Position numbers and translations under genes: made by a program. The notes beneath the pieces were generated by a model, which worked only from the letters and a program-made list of their open reading frames with translations, was not told the DNA's origin and made no database searches. 64,000 bases of DNA from Squalus acanthias (taxonomy: Eukaryota), in assembly GCA_030390025.1 (NCBI GenBank), contig CM059431.1:156180001-156244000 (forward strand), written 5' to 3'. This document shows, one piece after another, positions 29,401 through 44,500 of this stretch. Each line of letters opens with the position of its first letter. Within the stretch, counting starts at the first letter, position 1.

Positions 29401-31553
29401 CAGAGTAGCCAGGACTACACAAAGTGTCAGAGTATCCTTTGCTCAAAGAGTGTCAGAGTACCGTGGAATTCACAGAGTGTTAGAGTACACTGCACTGCAC
29501 AGAGTGTCAGAGTACCCTGGACTACACAGAGTGTCAGAGTACCCTGAACTACACAGAGTGTCAGAGCACCCTGGAAAACACAGTAGTTTCATCAAACCCT
29601 GGACTACACAGAGTGTCAGAGTACCTTGGACTACACAGAGTGTCAGAGTATCCTGGACTACACAGCGTGTCAGATTAACCTGGATTTCACAGAGTGTCAG
29701 AGTACCCTCGGTACACAGAGTGTCAGAGTACCGTGTACCACACAGAGTGTCTGAACACCATGGTCGACACAGAGTGTCAGAGTACCGTGGGCGACACAGA
29801 GTGACAGAGTACACTGGGCTACACAGAGTGTCAGAGTCCCCTGGACTAAACAAAGTGTCAGAGTACGTTGGTCTACACAGGGTGTCAGAGTACCGTGGGA
29901 GGCACAGAGTGACAGAGTACACTGGGCTGCACAGAGTGTCAGAGTACCGTGGGCTAAACAGAGTGATAGAGTACACTTGGCTACATAGAGTGTCAGAGTA
30001 CCCTGGACTACACAAAGTGTCAGAGTATCCTTTGCTACACAGAGTGTCAGAGTACCGTGGAATACACAGAGTGTTAGAGTACCCTGCACTACACAGAGAG
30101 TCAGAGTACCCTGGACTACACAGAGTGTCAGAGTACCCTGAACTACACAGAGTGTCAGAGCACCCTGGAATACACAATAGTTTCATCAAACCCTGGACTA
30201 CACAGAGTGTCAGAGTACCTTGGACTACACAGAGTGTCAGAGTATCCTGGACTACACAGCGTGTCAGATTAACCTGGATTTCACAGAGTGTCAGAGTACC
30301 CTGGGTACACAGAGTGTCAGAGTACCGTGTACCACACAGAGTGTCAGAACACCATGGTCTACACAGAGTGTCAGAGTACCGTGGGCTACACAGAGTGACA
30401 GAGTACACTGGGCTACACAAAGTGTCAGAGTCCCCTGGACTAAACAAAGTGTCAGAGTACGTTGGTCTACACAGGGTGTCAGAGTACCGTGGGAGGCACA
30501 GAGTGACAGAGTACACTGGGCTACACAGAGTGTCAGAGTATCCTGGACTACACAGCGTGTCAGATTAACCTGGATTACACAGAGTGTCAGAGTAACCTGG
30601 CTACACAGAGTGACAGAGGACCCTGGACTACACGGAGTGTCACAGTACCCTGGACTACACAGAGTGTCAGAGTACCGTTTACTACACAGAGTTTCAGAGC
30701 ACCTTGGTCTACACAGAGTGTCAGAGTACAGTGGGCTACACAGAGTGACAGATTACACTGGGCGACACAGAGTGTCAGAGTACCATAGACTAAACAAAGT
30801 GTCAGACTACCTTGATCTACACAGGGTGTCAAAGTAACGTGGGATATACAGAGTAACAGAGTACACTGGGCTACAGAGTGTCAGAGTACCGTGGACTACA
30901 CAGAGTGTTAGAGTACCCTGGGCTGCACAGAGTGTCAGAGTACATTGGATTACAAAGAGTGTCAGAGTACCCTGGACTAAACAGAGTGTCAGAGTACCCT
31001 GGACTACACAGAGTGTCAGAGTACACTGGGTACACAGAGTGTCAGAGTACCGTGTACTACACAGAGTGTCAGAACACCATTGTCTACAGAGAGTGTCAGA
31101 GTGCCGTGGGCTACACAGAGTGACAGAGTACACTGAGCTACACAGAGTGTCAGAGTCCCCTGGACTAAACAAAGTGTCAGAGTACGTTGGTCTACACAGT
31201 GTTTCAGAGTACCGTGGGAGGCACAGAGTGACAGAGTATACTGGGCTACACAGAGTGTCAGAGTACCCTGGACTACACAGAGTGTTAGAGTACCCAGGGC
31301 TGCACAGAGTTTCAGAGTACATTGGATTACAAAGAGTGTCAGAGTACCCTGGACTACACAGAGTGTCAGAGTACCGTGGACTACACAGAGTGTCAGAGTA
31401 CCTTGGACTACACAGAATGTCAGATTACCTTGGGCTAAACAGAGTGTCAGAGTATCCTGGACTACACAGTGTGTCAGAGTAAACTGGACTACACAGAGTG
31501 TCAGAGTACCCTGGGTACACAGAGTGACAGAGGACCCTGGACTACACGGAGTG

Positions 31554-31688
31554 ATGCGGAGATGCCGGTGTTGGACTGGGGTGGACAAAATTGAGAGGTC
31601 GCACAACACCAGGTTATAGTCCAACAGTTTTATTTGAAATCACAAGCTTTCGGAGCTATCGATTTGCTCCTTCCTCAGGTGAAGTAAA
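31554..31688 (-). mobile_element. Short non-autonomous insertion (Penelope-like pLTR fragment / retrozyme-like) inside one satellite monomer
   Basis: Non-satellite sequence splits CACGGAGTG|TCAGAG. TG is present on both sides (31552-3, 31689-90). Homologous sites at 34762/3 and 37780/1 are empty. It contains a hammerhead core. Confidence 0.88.
31640..31682 (-). ncRNA. Minimal type-I hammerhead ribozyme motif
   Basis: Minus strand reads UCAC-CUGAGGA-A-GGAGC(AAAUCGAUA)GCUCC-GAAA-GC-U-U-GUGA: stem I UCAC/GUGA, CUGAnGA box, 5-bp stem II, GAAA box, palindromic AGCU mini stem III. Confidence 0.85.
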
Positions 31689-34600
31689 TGTCAGAGTACC
31701 TTGGACTACACAGAGTCTCAGAGTGCCGTGTACTACACAGAGTGTCAGAGTATCTTGATCTACACAGAGTGTCAGAGTACCGTGGGCTACACAGAGTGAC
31801 AGAGTACACTGAGCTACACAGAGTGTCAGAGTATCTTGATCTACACAGAGTGTCAGAGTAGCCTGGACTACACAAAGTGTCAGAGTATCCTTTGCTACAC
31901 AGAGTGTCAGAGTACCGTGGAATTCACAGAGTGTTAGAGTACCCTGCACTGCACAGAGTGTCAGAGTACCCTGAACTACACAGAGTGTCAGAGCACCCTG
32001 GAATACACAGTAGTTTCATCAAACTCTGGACTACACAGAGTGTCAGAGTACCTTGGACTACACAGAGTGTCAGAGTATCCTGGACTACACAGCGTGTCAG
32101 ATTAACCTGGATTTCACAGAGTGTCAGAATACCCTGGGTACACAGAGTGTCAGAGTACCGTGTACCACACAGAGTGTCTGAACACCATGGTCTACACAGA
32201 GTGTCAGAGTACCGTGGGCTACACAGAGTGACAGAGTATACTGGGCTACACAGAGTGTCAGAGTCCCCTGGACTAAACAAAGTGTCAGAGTACGTTGGTC
32301 TACACAGGGTGTCAGAGTACCGTGGGAGGCACAGAGTGACAGAGTACACTGGGCTACACAGAGTGTCAGAGTACCCTGGACTACACAGAGTGTCAGAGTA
32401 TCCTGGACTACACAGCGTGTCAGATTACCGTGGGCTACACAGAGTGACAGAGTACACTGGGCTACACAGTGTGTCAGAGTACCGTGGACTACACGGAGTG
32501 TCACAGTACCCTGGGCTACACAGAGTGTCAGAGTACCGTGGGCTACACAGAGTGATAGAGTACACTTGGCTACATAGAGTGTCAGAGTAGCCTGGACTAC
32601 ACAAAGTGTCAGAGTATCCTTTGCTCAAAGAGTGTCAGAGTACCGTGGAATTCACAGAGTGTTAGAGTACACTGCACTGCACAGAGTGTCAGAGTACCCT
32701 GGACTACACAGAGTGTCAGAGTACCCTGAACTACACAGAGTGTCAGAGCACCCTGGAAAACACAGTAGTTTCATCAAACCCTGGACTACACAGAGTGTCA
32801 GAGTACCTTGGACTACACAGAGTGTCAGAGTATCCTGGACTACACAGCGTGTCAGATTAACCTGGATTTCTCAGAGTGTCAGAGTACCCTCGGTACACAG
32901 AGTGTCAGAGTACCGTGTACCACACAGAGTGTCTGAAAACCATGGTCTACACAGAGTGTCAGAGTACCGTGGGCGACACAGAGTGACAGAGTACACTGGG
33001 CTACACAGAGTGTCAGAGTCCCCTGGACTAAACAAAGTGTCAGAGTACGTTGGTCTACACAGGGTGTCAGAGTACCGTGGGAGGCACAGAGTGACAGAGT
33101 ACACTGGGCTACACAGAGTGTCAGAGTACCGTGGGCTAAACAGAGTGATAGAGTACACTTGGCTACATAGAGTGTCAGAGTACCCTGGACTACACAAAGT
33201 TTCAGAGTATCCTTTGCTACACAGAGTGTCAGAGTACCGTGGAATACACAGAGTGTTAGAGTACCCTGCACTACACAGAGAGTCAGAGTACCCTGGACTA
33301 CACAGAGTGTCAGAGTACCCTGAACTACACAGAGTGTCAGAGCACCATGGAATACACAGTAGTTTCATCAAACCCTGGACTACACAGAGTGTCAGAGTAC
33401 CTTGGACTACACAGAGTGTCAGAGTATCCTGGACTACACAGCGTGTCAGATTAACCTGGATTTCACAGAGTGTCAGAGTACCCTGGGTACAAAGAGTGTC
33501 AGAGTACCGTGTACCACACAGAGTGTCAGAACACCATGGTCTACACAGAGTGTCAGAGTACCTTGGACTACACAGACTCTCAGAGTGCCGTGTACTACAC
33601 AGAGTGTCAGAGTCCCCTGGACTAAACAAAGTGTCAGAGTACGTTGGTCTACACAGGGTGTCAGAGTACCGTGGGAGGCACAGAGTGACAGAGTACACTG
33701 GGCTACACAGAGTGTCAGAGTACCCTGGACTACACAGAGTGTCAGAGTATCCTGGACTACACAGCGTGTCAGATTAACCTGGATTACACAGAGTGTCAGA
33801 GTAACCTGGCTACACAGAGTGACAGAGGACCCTGGACTACACGGAGTGTCACAGTACCCTGGACTACACAGAGTGTCAGAGTACCGTTTACTACACAGAG
33901 TTTCAGAGCACCTTGGTCTACACAGAGTGTCAGAGTACCGTGGGCTACACAGAGTGACAGATTACACTGGGCGACACAGAGTGTCAGAGTACCCTAGACT
34001 AAGCAAAGTGTCAGACTACCTTGATCTACACAGGGTGTCAAAGTAACGTGGGATATACAGAGTAACAGAGTACACTGGGCTACAGAATTTCAGAGTACCG
34101 TGGACTACACAGAGTGTTAGAGTACCCTGGGCTGCACAGAGTGTCAGAGTACATTGGATTACAAAGAGTGTCAGAGTACCCTGGACTAAACAGAGTGTCA
34201 GTGTACCCTGGACTACACAGAGTGTCAGAGTACCCTGGGTACACAGAGTGTCAGAGTACCGTGTACCACACAGAGTGTCAGAACACCATTGTCTACACAG
34301 AGTGTCAGAGTGCCGTGGGCTACACAGAGTGACAGAGTACACTGAGCTACACAGAGTGTCAGAGTCCCCTGGAATAAACAAAGTGTCAGAGTACGTTGGT
34401 CTATTCAGTGTGTCAGAGTACCGTGGGAGGCACAGAGTGACAGAGTATACTGGGCTACACAGAGTGTCAGAGTACCCTGGACTACACAGAGTGTTAGAGT
34501 ACCCAGGGCTGCACAGAGTTTCAGAGTACATTGGATTACAAAGAGTGTCAGAGTACCCTGGACTACACAGAGTGTCAGAGTACCGTGGACTACACAGAGT

Positions 34601-37600
34601 GTCAGAGTACCTTGGACTACACAGAATGTCAGATTACCTTGGGCTAAACAGAGTGTCAGAGTATCCTGGACTACACAGTGTGTCAGAGTAAACTGGACTA
34701 CACAGAGTGTCAGAGTACCCTGGGTACACAGAGTGACAGAGGACCCTGGACTACACGGAGTGTCAGAGTACCTTGGACTACACAGACTCTCAGAGTGCCG
34801 TGTACTACACAGAGTGTCAGAGTATCTTGATCTACACAGAGTGTCAGAGTACCGTGGGCTACACAGAGTGACAGAGTACACTGAGCTACACAGAGTGTCA
34901 GAGTATCTTGATCTACACAGAGTGTCAGAGTACCCTGGACTACACAGAGTGTCAGAGTAGCCTGGACTACACAAAGTGTCAGAGTATCCTTTGCTACACA
35001 GAGTGTCAGAGTACCGTGGAATTCACAGAGTGTTAGAGTACCCTGCACTGCACAGAGTGTCAGAGTACCCTGAACTACACAGAGTGTCAGAGCACCCTGG
35101 AATACACAGTAGTTTCATCAAACCCTGGACTACACAGAGTGTCAGAGTACCTTGGACTACACAGAGTGTCAGAGTATCCTGGACTACACAGCGTGTCAGA
35201 TTAACCTGGATTTCACAGAGTGTCAGAATACCCTGGGTACACAGAGTGTCAGAGTACCGTGTACCACACAGAGTGTCTGAACACCATGGTCTACACAGAG
35301 TGTCAGAGTACCGTGGGCTACACAGAGTGACAGAGTACACTGGGCTACACAGAGTGTCAGAGTCCCCTGGACTAAACAAAGTGTCAGAGTACGTTGGTCT
35401 ACACAGGGTGTCAGAGTACCGTGGGAGGCACAGAGTGACAGAGTACACTGGGCTACACAGAGTGTCAGAGTATCCTGGACTACACAGCGTGTCAGATTAC
35501 CGTGGGCTACACAGAGTGACAGAGTACACTGGGCTACACAGTGTGTCAGAGTACCGTGGACTACACGGAGTGTCACAGTACCCTGGGCTACACAGAGTGT
35601 CAGAGTACCGTGTGCTACACAGAGTGATAGAGTACACTTGGCTACATAGAGTGTCAGAGTAGCCTGGACTACACAAAGTGTCAGAGTATCCTTTGCTCAA
35701 AGAGTGTCAGAGTACCGTGGAATTCACAGAGTGTCAGAGTACCCTGGACTACACAGAGTGTCAGAGCACCCTGGAAAACACAGTAGTTTCATCAAACCCT
35801 GGACTACACAGAGTGTCAGAGTACCTTGGACTACACAGAGTGTCAGAGTATCCTGGACAACACAGCGTGTCAGATTAACCTGGATTTCACAGAGTGTCAG
35901 AGTACCCTCGGTACACAGAGTGTCAGAGTACCGTGTACCACACAGAGTGTCTGAACACCATGGTCTACACAGAGTGTCAGAGTACCGTGGGCGACACAGA
36001 GTGACAGAGTACACTGGGCTACACAGAGTGTCAGAGTCCCCTGGACTAAACAAAGTGTCAGAGTACGTTGGTCTACACAGGGTGTCAGAGTACCGTGGGA
36101 GGCACAGAGTGACAGAGTACACTGGGCTACACAGAGTGTCAGAGTACCGTGGGCTAAACAGAGTGATAGAGTACACTTGGCTACATAGAGTGTCAGAGTA
36201 CCCTGGACTACACAAAGTGTCAGAGTATCCTTTGCTGCACAGAGTGTCAGAGTACCGTGGAATACACAGAGTGTTAGAGTACCCTGCACTACACAGAGAG
36301 TCAGAGTACCCTGGACTACACAGAGTGTCAGAGTACCCTGAACTACACAGAGTGTCAGAGCACCCTGGAATACACAGTAGTTTCATCAAACCCTGGACTA
36401 CACAGAGTGTCAGAGTACCTTGGACTACACAGAGTGTCAGAGTATCCTGGACTACACAGCGTGTCAGATTAACCTGGATTTCACAGAATGTCAGAGTGCC
36501 CTGGGTACACAGTGTGTCAGAGTACCGTGTACCACACAGAGTGTCAGAACACCATGGTCTACACAGAGTGTCAGAGTACCGTGGGCTACACAGAGTGACA
36601 GAGTACACTGGGCTACACAAAGTGTCAGAGTCCCCTGGACAAAACAAAGTGTCAGAGTACGTTGGTCTACACAGGGTGTCAGAGTACCGTGGGAGGCACA
36701 GAGTGACAGAGTACACTGGGCTACACAGAGTGTCAGAGTACCCTGGACTACACAGAGTGTCAGAGTATCCTGGACTACACAGCGTGTCCGATTAACCTGG
36801 ATTACACAGAGTGTCAGAGTAACCTGGCTACACAGAGTGACAGAGGACCCTGGAATACACGGAGTGTCACAGTACCCTGGACTACACAGAGTGCCAGAGT
36901 ACCGTTTACTACACAGAGTTTCAGAGCACCTTGGTCTGCACAGAGTGTCAGAGTACCGTGGGCTACACAGAGTGACAGATTACACTGGGCGACACAGAGT
37001 GTCAGAGTACCCTAGACTAAACAAAGTGTCAGACTACCTTGATCTACACAGGGTGTCAAAGTAACGTGGGATATACAGAGTAACAGAGTACACTGGGCTA
37101 CAGAGTGTCAGAGTACCGTGGACTACACAGAGTGTTAGAGTACCCTGGGCTGCACAGAGTGTCAGAGTACATTGGATTACAAAGAGTGTCAGAGTACCCT
37201 GGACTAAACAGAGTGTCAGAGTACCCTGGACTACACAGAGTGTCAGAGTACCCTGGGTACACAGAGTGTCAGAGTACCGTGTACCACACAGAGTGTCAGA
37301 ACACCATTGTCTACACAGAGTGTCAGAGTGCCGTGGGCTACACAGAGTGACAGAGTACACTGAGCTACACAGAGTGTCAGAGTCCCCTGGACTAAACAAA
37401 GTGTCAGAGTACGTTGGTCTACACAGTGTGTCAGAGTACCGTGGGAGGCACAGAGTGACAGAGTATACTGGGCTACACAGAGTGTCAGAGTTCCCTGGAC
37501 TACACAGAGTGTTAGAGTACCCAGGGCTGCACAGAGTTTCAGAGTACATTGGATTACAAAGAGTGTCAGAGTACCCTGGACTACACAGAGTGTCAGAGTA

Positions 37601-38540
37601 CCGTGGACTACACAGAGTGTCAGAGTACCTTGGACTACACAGAATGTCAGATTACCTTGGGCTAAACAGAGTGTCAGAGTATCCTGGACTGCACAGTGTG
37701 TCAGAGTAAACTGGACTACACAGAGTGTCAGAGTACCCTGGGTACACAGAGTGACAGAGGACCCTGGACTACACGGAGTGTCAGAGTACCTTGGACTACA
37801 CAGACTCTCAGAGTGCCGTGTACTACACAGAGTGTCAGAGTCCCCTGGACTAAACAAAGTGTCAGAGTACGTTGGTCTGCACAGTGTGTCAGAGTACCGT
37901 GGGAGGCACAGAGTGACAGAGTATACTGGGCTACACAGAGTGTCAGAGTACCCTGGACTACACAGAGTGTTAGAGTACCCAGGGCTGCACAGAGTTTCAG
38001 AGTACATTGGATTACAAAGAGTGTCAGAGTACCCTGGACTACACAGAGTGTAAGAGTACCGTGGACTACACAGAGTGTCAGAGTACCTTGGACTACACAG
38101 AATGTCAGATTACCTTGGGCTAAACAGAGTGTCAGAGTATCCTGGACTACACAGTGTGTCAGAGTAAACTGGACTACACAGAGTGTCAGAGTACCCTGGT
38201 TACACAGAGTGACAGAGGACCCTGGACTACACGGAGTGTCAGAGTACCTTGGACAACACAGACTCTCAGAGTGCCGTGTACTACACAGAGTGTCAGAGTA
38301 TCTTGATCTACACAGAGTGTCAGAGTACCGTGGGCTACACAGAGTGACAGAGTACACTGAGCTACACAGAGTGTCAGAGTATCTTGATCTACACAGAGTG
38401 TCAGAGTACCCTGGACTACACAGAGTGTCAGAGTAGCCTGGACTACACAAAGTGTCAGAGTATCCTTTGCTACACAGAGTGTCAGAGTACCGTGGAATTC
38501 ACAGAGTGTTAGAGTACCCTGCACTGCACAGTGTGTCAGA

Positions 38541-41500
38541 GTACCCTGAACTACACAGAGTGTCAGAGCACCCTGGAATACACAGTAGTTTCATCAAACC
38601 CTGGACTACACAGAGTGTCAGAGTACCTTGGACTACACAGAGTGTCAGAGTATCCTGGACTACACAGCGTGTCAGATTAACCTGGATTTCACAGAGTGTC
38701 AGAATACCCTGGGTACACAGAGTGTCAGAGTACCGTGTACCACACAGAGTGTCTGAACACCATGGTCTACACAGAGTGTTAGAGTACCGTGGGCTACACA
38801 GAGTGACAGAGTACAGTGGGCTTCACAGAGTGCCAGAGTCCCCTGGACTAAACAAAGTGTCAGAGTACGTTGGTCTACACAGGGTGTCAGAGTACCGTGG
38901 GAGGCACAGAGTGACAGAGTAAACTGGGCTACACAGAGTGTCAGAGTACCCTGGACTACACAGAGTGTCAGAGTATCCTGGGCTACACAGCGTGTCAGAT
39001 TAACCTGGATTACACAGAGTGTCAGAGTAACCTGGGTACACAGAGAGACAGAGGACCCTGGACTACACGGAGTGTCACAGTACCCTGGACTACACAGAGT
39101 GTCAGAGTACCGTGTACTACACAGAGTGTCAGAGCACCTTGGTATACACAGAGTGTCAGAGTACCGTGGGCTACACAGAGTGACAGATTACACTGAGCGA
39201 CACTGAGTGTCAGGGTACCCTAGACTAAACAAAGTGTCAGAGTACCTTGATCTACACAGGGTGTCAAAGTAACGTGGGATATACAGAGTAACAGAGTACA
39301 CTGGGCTACAGAGTGTCAGAGTACCGTGGACTACACAGAGTGTTAGAGTACCCTGGGCTGCACAGAGTGTCAGAGTACATTGGATTACAAAGAGTGTCAG
39401 AGTACCATGAACTACACAGAGTGTCAGAGTACCTTGGACTACACAGAATGTCAGAGTACCTTGGGCTAAACAGAGTGTCAGAGTATCCTGGACTACACAG
39501 TGTGACAGAGTAAACTGGACTACACAGAGTGTCAGAGTACCCTGGGTACACAGAGTGACAGAGGACCCTGGAATACACGGAGTGTCAGAGTACCTTGGAC
39601 TACACAGAGTGTCAGAGTACCGTGTACTACACAGAGTGTCAGAGTATCTTGATCTACACAGAGTGTCAGAGAACCCTGGTATAAACAGACTGTCAGAGTA
39701 CGTTGGTCTGCACAGGGTGTCAGAGTACCGTGGGATACACAGAGTGACAGAGTACACTGGGCTACACAGAGTGTCTGAGTACCGTGGACTACACAGAGTG
39801 TCAGTGTACCCTGGACTACACAGAGTGTCAGAGTACCTTGGACTACACAGAGTGTCAGAGTACCGTGGATTAACAGAGTGTCAGAGTACCGTGGACTACA
39901 CAGAGTTTCAGAGAACCTTGGAGTACACAGAGTGTCAGTGTACCGTGGGCTACACAGAGTGCCAGAGTGCCTTGGAATACACAGTGTCAGAGTACCTGGA
40001 CTACACAGAGTGTCAGAGTACCATGGACTACACAGATTGTCAGAGAACATTGTACTACACAGAGTGTCAGATTACCGTTGTCTAAACAGAGTGATAGAGT
40101 ACACTTGGCTACATAGAGTTTCAGAGTACCCTGGACTACACAAAGTGTCAGAGTATCCTTTGCTACACAGAGTGTCAGAGTACCGTGGAATACACAGAGT
40201 GTTAGAGTACCCTGCACTACACAGAGTGTCAGAGTACCCTGGACTACACAGAGTGTCAGAGTACCCTGAACTACACAGAGTGTCAGAGCACCCTGGAATA
40301 CACAGTAGTTTCATCAAACCCTGGACTACACAGAGTGTCAGAGTACCTTGGACTACACAGAGTGTCAGAGTATCCTGGACTGCATAGCGTGTCAGATTAA
40401 CTTGGATTTCACAGAGTGTCAGAGTACCCTGGGTACACAGAGTGTCAGAGTACCGTGTACCACACAGAGTGTCAGAACACCATTGTCTACACAGAGTGTC
40501 AGAGTACCGTGGGCTACACAGAGTGACAGAGTACACTGGGCTACACAGAGTGTCAGAGTCCCCTGGACTAAACAAAGTTTCAGAGTACGTTGGTCTACAC
40601 AGGTTGTCAGAGTACCGTGGGAGGCACAGAGTGACAGAGTACACTGGGCTACACAGAGTGTCAGAGTACCCTGGACTACACGGAGTGTCACAGTAACCTG
40701 GACTACACAGAGTGTCAGAGTACCGTGTACTACACAGAGTGTCAGAGCACCTTGGTCTACACAGGGTGTCAAAGTAACGTGGGATACACAGAGTGACAGA
40801 GTACACTGGGCTACAGAGTGTCAGAGTACCGTGGACTACAAAGAGTGTCACAGTACCCTGGACTACACAGAGTGTCAGAGTACCGTGTACTACACAGAGT
40901 GTCAGAGCACCTTGGTCTACACAGAGTTTCAGAGTACCGTGGGCTGCACAGAGTGACTGATTACACTGGGCGACACAGAGTGTCAGAGTACCCTAGCCTA
41001 AACAAAGTGTCAGAGTACCTTGGTCTACACAGGGTGTCAAAGTAACGTGGGATATACAGAGTAACAGAGTACACTGGGCTACAGAGTGTCAGAGTACCGT
41101 GGACTACACAGAGTGTTAGAGTACCCTGGGCTGCACAGAGTGTCAGAGTACATTGGATTACAAAGAGTATCAGAGTACCCTGGACTAAACAGAGTGTCAG
41201 AGTACCCTGGACTACACAGAGTGTCAGAGTACCCTGGACTACAAAGAGTGTCAGAGTACCGTGGACTACACAGAGTGTCAGAGTACCTTGGACTACACAG
41301 AATGTCAGAGTACCTTGAGCTAAACAGAGTGTCAGAGTATCCTGGACTACACAGTGTGTCAGAGTAAACTGGACTACACAGAGTGTCAGAGTAACCTGGG
41401 TACACAGAGTGACAGAGGACCCTGGACTACACGGAGTGTCACAGTACCCTGGACTACACAGAGTGTCAGAGTACCGTGTACTACACAGAGTGTCAGAGCA

Positions 41501-44500
41501 CCTTGGTCTACACAGAGTGTCAGAGTACCGTGGGCTACACAGAGTGACTGATTACACTGGGCGACACAGAGTGTCAGAGTACCCTAGACTAAACAAAGTG
41601 TCAGAGTACCTTGGTCTACACAGGGTGTCAAAGTAACGTGGGATACACAGAGTGACAGAGTACACTGGGCTACAGAGTATCAGAGTACCGTGGACTACAC
41701 AGAGTGTTAGAGTACCCTGGGCTGCACAGAGTGTCGGAGTACATTGGATTACAAAGAGTGTCAGAGTTCCCTGGACTACACAGAGTTTCAGAGTACCCTG
41801 GACTACACAGAGTGTCAGAGTACCATGGACTACAAAGAGTGTCAGAGTACCGTGGACTACACAGAGTGTCAGAGTACCTTGGACTTCACAGAATATCAGA
41901 GTACCTTGGGCTAAACAGAGTGATAGAGTACACTGGGCTACATAGAGTGTCAGAGTACCCTGGACTACACAGAGTGTCAGAGTACCCTGGGCTACACAGA
42001 GTGTCAGAGTACCGTGGAATACACAGAGTGTTAGAGTACCCTGGTCTCCAGAGAGTGTCAGATTACCTTGGACTACACAGAGTGTCAGAGTATCCTGGAC
42101 TACACTGTGTGTCAGAGTAAACTGGACTACACAGAGTGTCAGAGTACCCTGGGTACACAGAGTGACAGAGGACCCTGGACTACACGGAGTGTCAGAGTAC
42201 CTTGGACTACACAGAGTGTCAGAGTACCGTGTACTACACAGAGTGTCAGAGTACCGTGGGCTACACAGGGTGACAGAGTACACTGAGCTACACAGAGTGT
42301 CAGAGAACCCTGGAGTAAACAGACTGTCAGAGTACCTTGATCTGCACAGGGTGTCAGAGTACCGTGGGATACACAGAGTGACAGAGTACACTGGGCTACA
42401 CAGAGTGTCTGAGTACCGTGGACTACACAGAGTATCAGTGTACCCTGGACTACACAGAGTGTCAGAGTACCTTGGACTACACAGAGTGTCAGAGTACCGT
42501 GGATTAACAGAGTGTCAGAGTACCGTGGACTACACAGAGTGTTAGAGTACCCTGGGCTACAAAGGGCTTCAGAGTACATTGGACTATGAAGAGTGTCAGA
42601 ATACCCTGGACTACACAGAGTGTCCGAGTACCCTGGACTACACAGAGTGTCAGAGTACCCTGGACTACACAGAGTGTCAGAGTACCGTGGACTACACAGA
42701 GTGTCAGAGTACCGTGGACTGCACAGAGTGTCAGAGTACCCTGGACTACACAGAGTGTCAGTGTACCCTGAACTACACAGAGTGTCAGAGCACCCTGGAA
42801 TACACAGTAGTTTCATCAAACCCTGGACTACACAGAGTGTCAGAGTACCTTGGACTACACAGAGTGTCAGAGTATCCTGGACTACACAGCGTGTCAGATT
42901 AACCTGGATTTCACAGAGTGTCAGAATACCCTGGGTACACAGAGTGTCAGAGTACCGTGTACCACACAGAGTGTCTGAACACCATGGTCTACACAGAGTG
43001 TTAGAGTACCGTGGGCTACACAGAGTGACAGAGTACACTGGGCTTCACAGAGTGCCAGTGTCCCCTGGACTAAACAAAGTGTCAGAGTACGTTGGTCTAC
43101 ACAGGGTGTCAGAGTACCGTGGGAGGCACAGAGTGACAGAGTAAACTGGGCTACACAGAGTGTCAGAGTACCCTGGACTACACAGAGTGTCAGAGTATCC
43201 TGGGCTACACAGCGTGTCAGATTAACCTGGATTACACAGAGTGTCAGAGTAACCTGGGTACACAGAGAGACAGAGGACCCTGGACTACACGGAGTGTCAC
43301 AGTACCCTGGACTACACAGAGTGTCAGAGTACCGTGTACTACACAGAGTGTCAGAGCACCTTGGTATACACAGAGTGTCAGAGTACCGTGGGCTACACAG
43401 AGTGACAGATTACACTGAGCGACACTGAGTGTCAGGGTACCCTAGACTAAACAAAGTGTCAGAGTACCTTGATCTACACAGGGTGTCAAAGTAACGTGGG
43501 ATATACAGAGTAACAGAGTACACTGGGCTGCAGAGTGTCAGAGTACCGTGGACTACACAGAGTGTTAGAGTACCCTGGGCTGCACAGAGTGTCAGAGTAC
43601 ATTGGATTACAAAGAGTGTCAGAGTACCCTGGAATAAACAGAGTGTCAGAGTACCCTGGACTACACAGAGTGTCAGAGTACCCTGGACTACAAAGAGTGT
43701 CAGAGTACCATGAACTACACAGAGTGTCAGAGTACCTTGGACTACACAGAATGTCAGAGTACCTTGGGCTAAACAGAGTGTCAGAGTATCCTGGACTACA
43801 CAGTGTGACAGAGTAAACTGGACTACACAGAGTGTCAGAGTACCCTGGGTACACAGAGTGACAGAGGACCCTGGAATACACGGAGTGTCAGAGTACCTTG
43901 GACTACACAGAGTGTCAGAGTACCGTGTACTACACAGAGTGTCAGAGTATCTTGATCTATACAGAGTGTCATAGAACCCTGGTATAAACAGACTGTCAGA
44001 GTACGTTGGTCTGCACAGGGTGTCAGAGTACCGTGGGATACACAGAGTGACAGAGTACACTGGGCTACACAGAGTGTCTGAGTACCGTGGACTACACAGA
44101 GTGTCAGTGTACCCTGGACTACACAGAGTGTCAGAGTACCTTGGACTACACAGAGTGTCAGAGTACCGTGGATTAACAGAGTGTCAGAGTACCGTGGACT
44201 ACACAGAGTTTCAGAGAACCTTGGAGTACACAGAGTGTCAGTGTACCGTGGGCTACACAGAGTGCCAGAGTGCCTTGGAATACACAGTGTCAGAGTACCC
44301 TGGACTACACAGAGTGTCAGAGTACCATGGACTACACAGATTGTCAGAGAACATTGTACTACACAGAGTGTCAGATTACCGTTGTCTAAACAGAGTGATA
44401 GAGTACACTTGGCTACATAGAGTTTCAGAGTACCCTGGACTACACAAAGTGTCAGAGTATCCTTTGCTACACAGAGTGTCAGAGTACCGTGGAATACACA

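Larger units (their letters stand above)
29350..38540. repeat. Domain B ~3.0-3.5 kb higher-order repeats (about three copies)
   Basis: Near-identical ORFs at 29450/32632/35704, 31039/34248/37266 and 31877/34976/38452. Confidence 0.8.
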
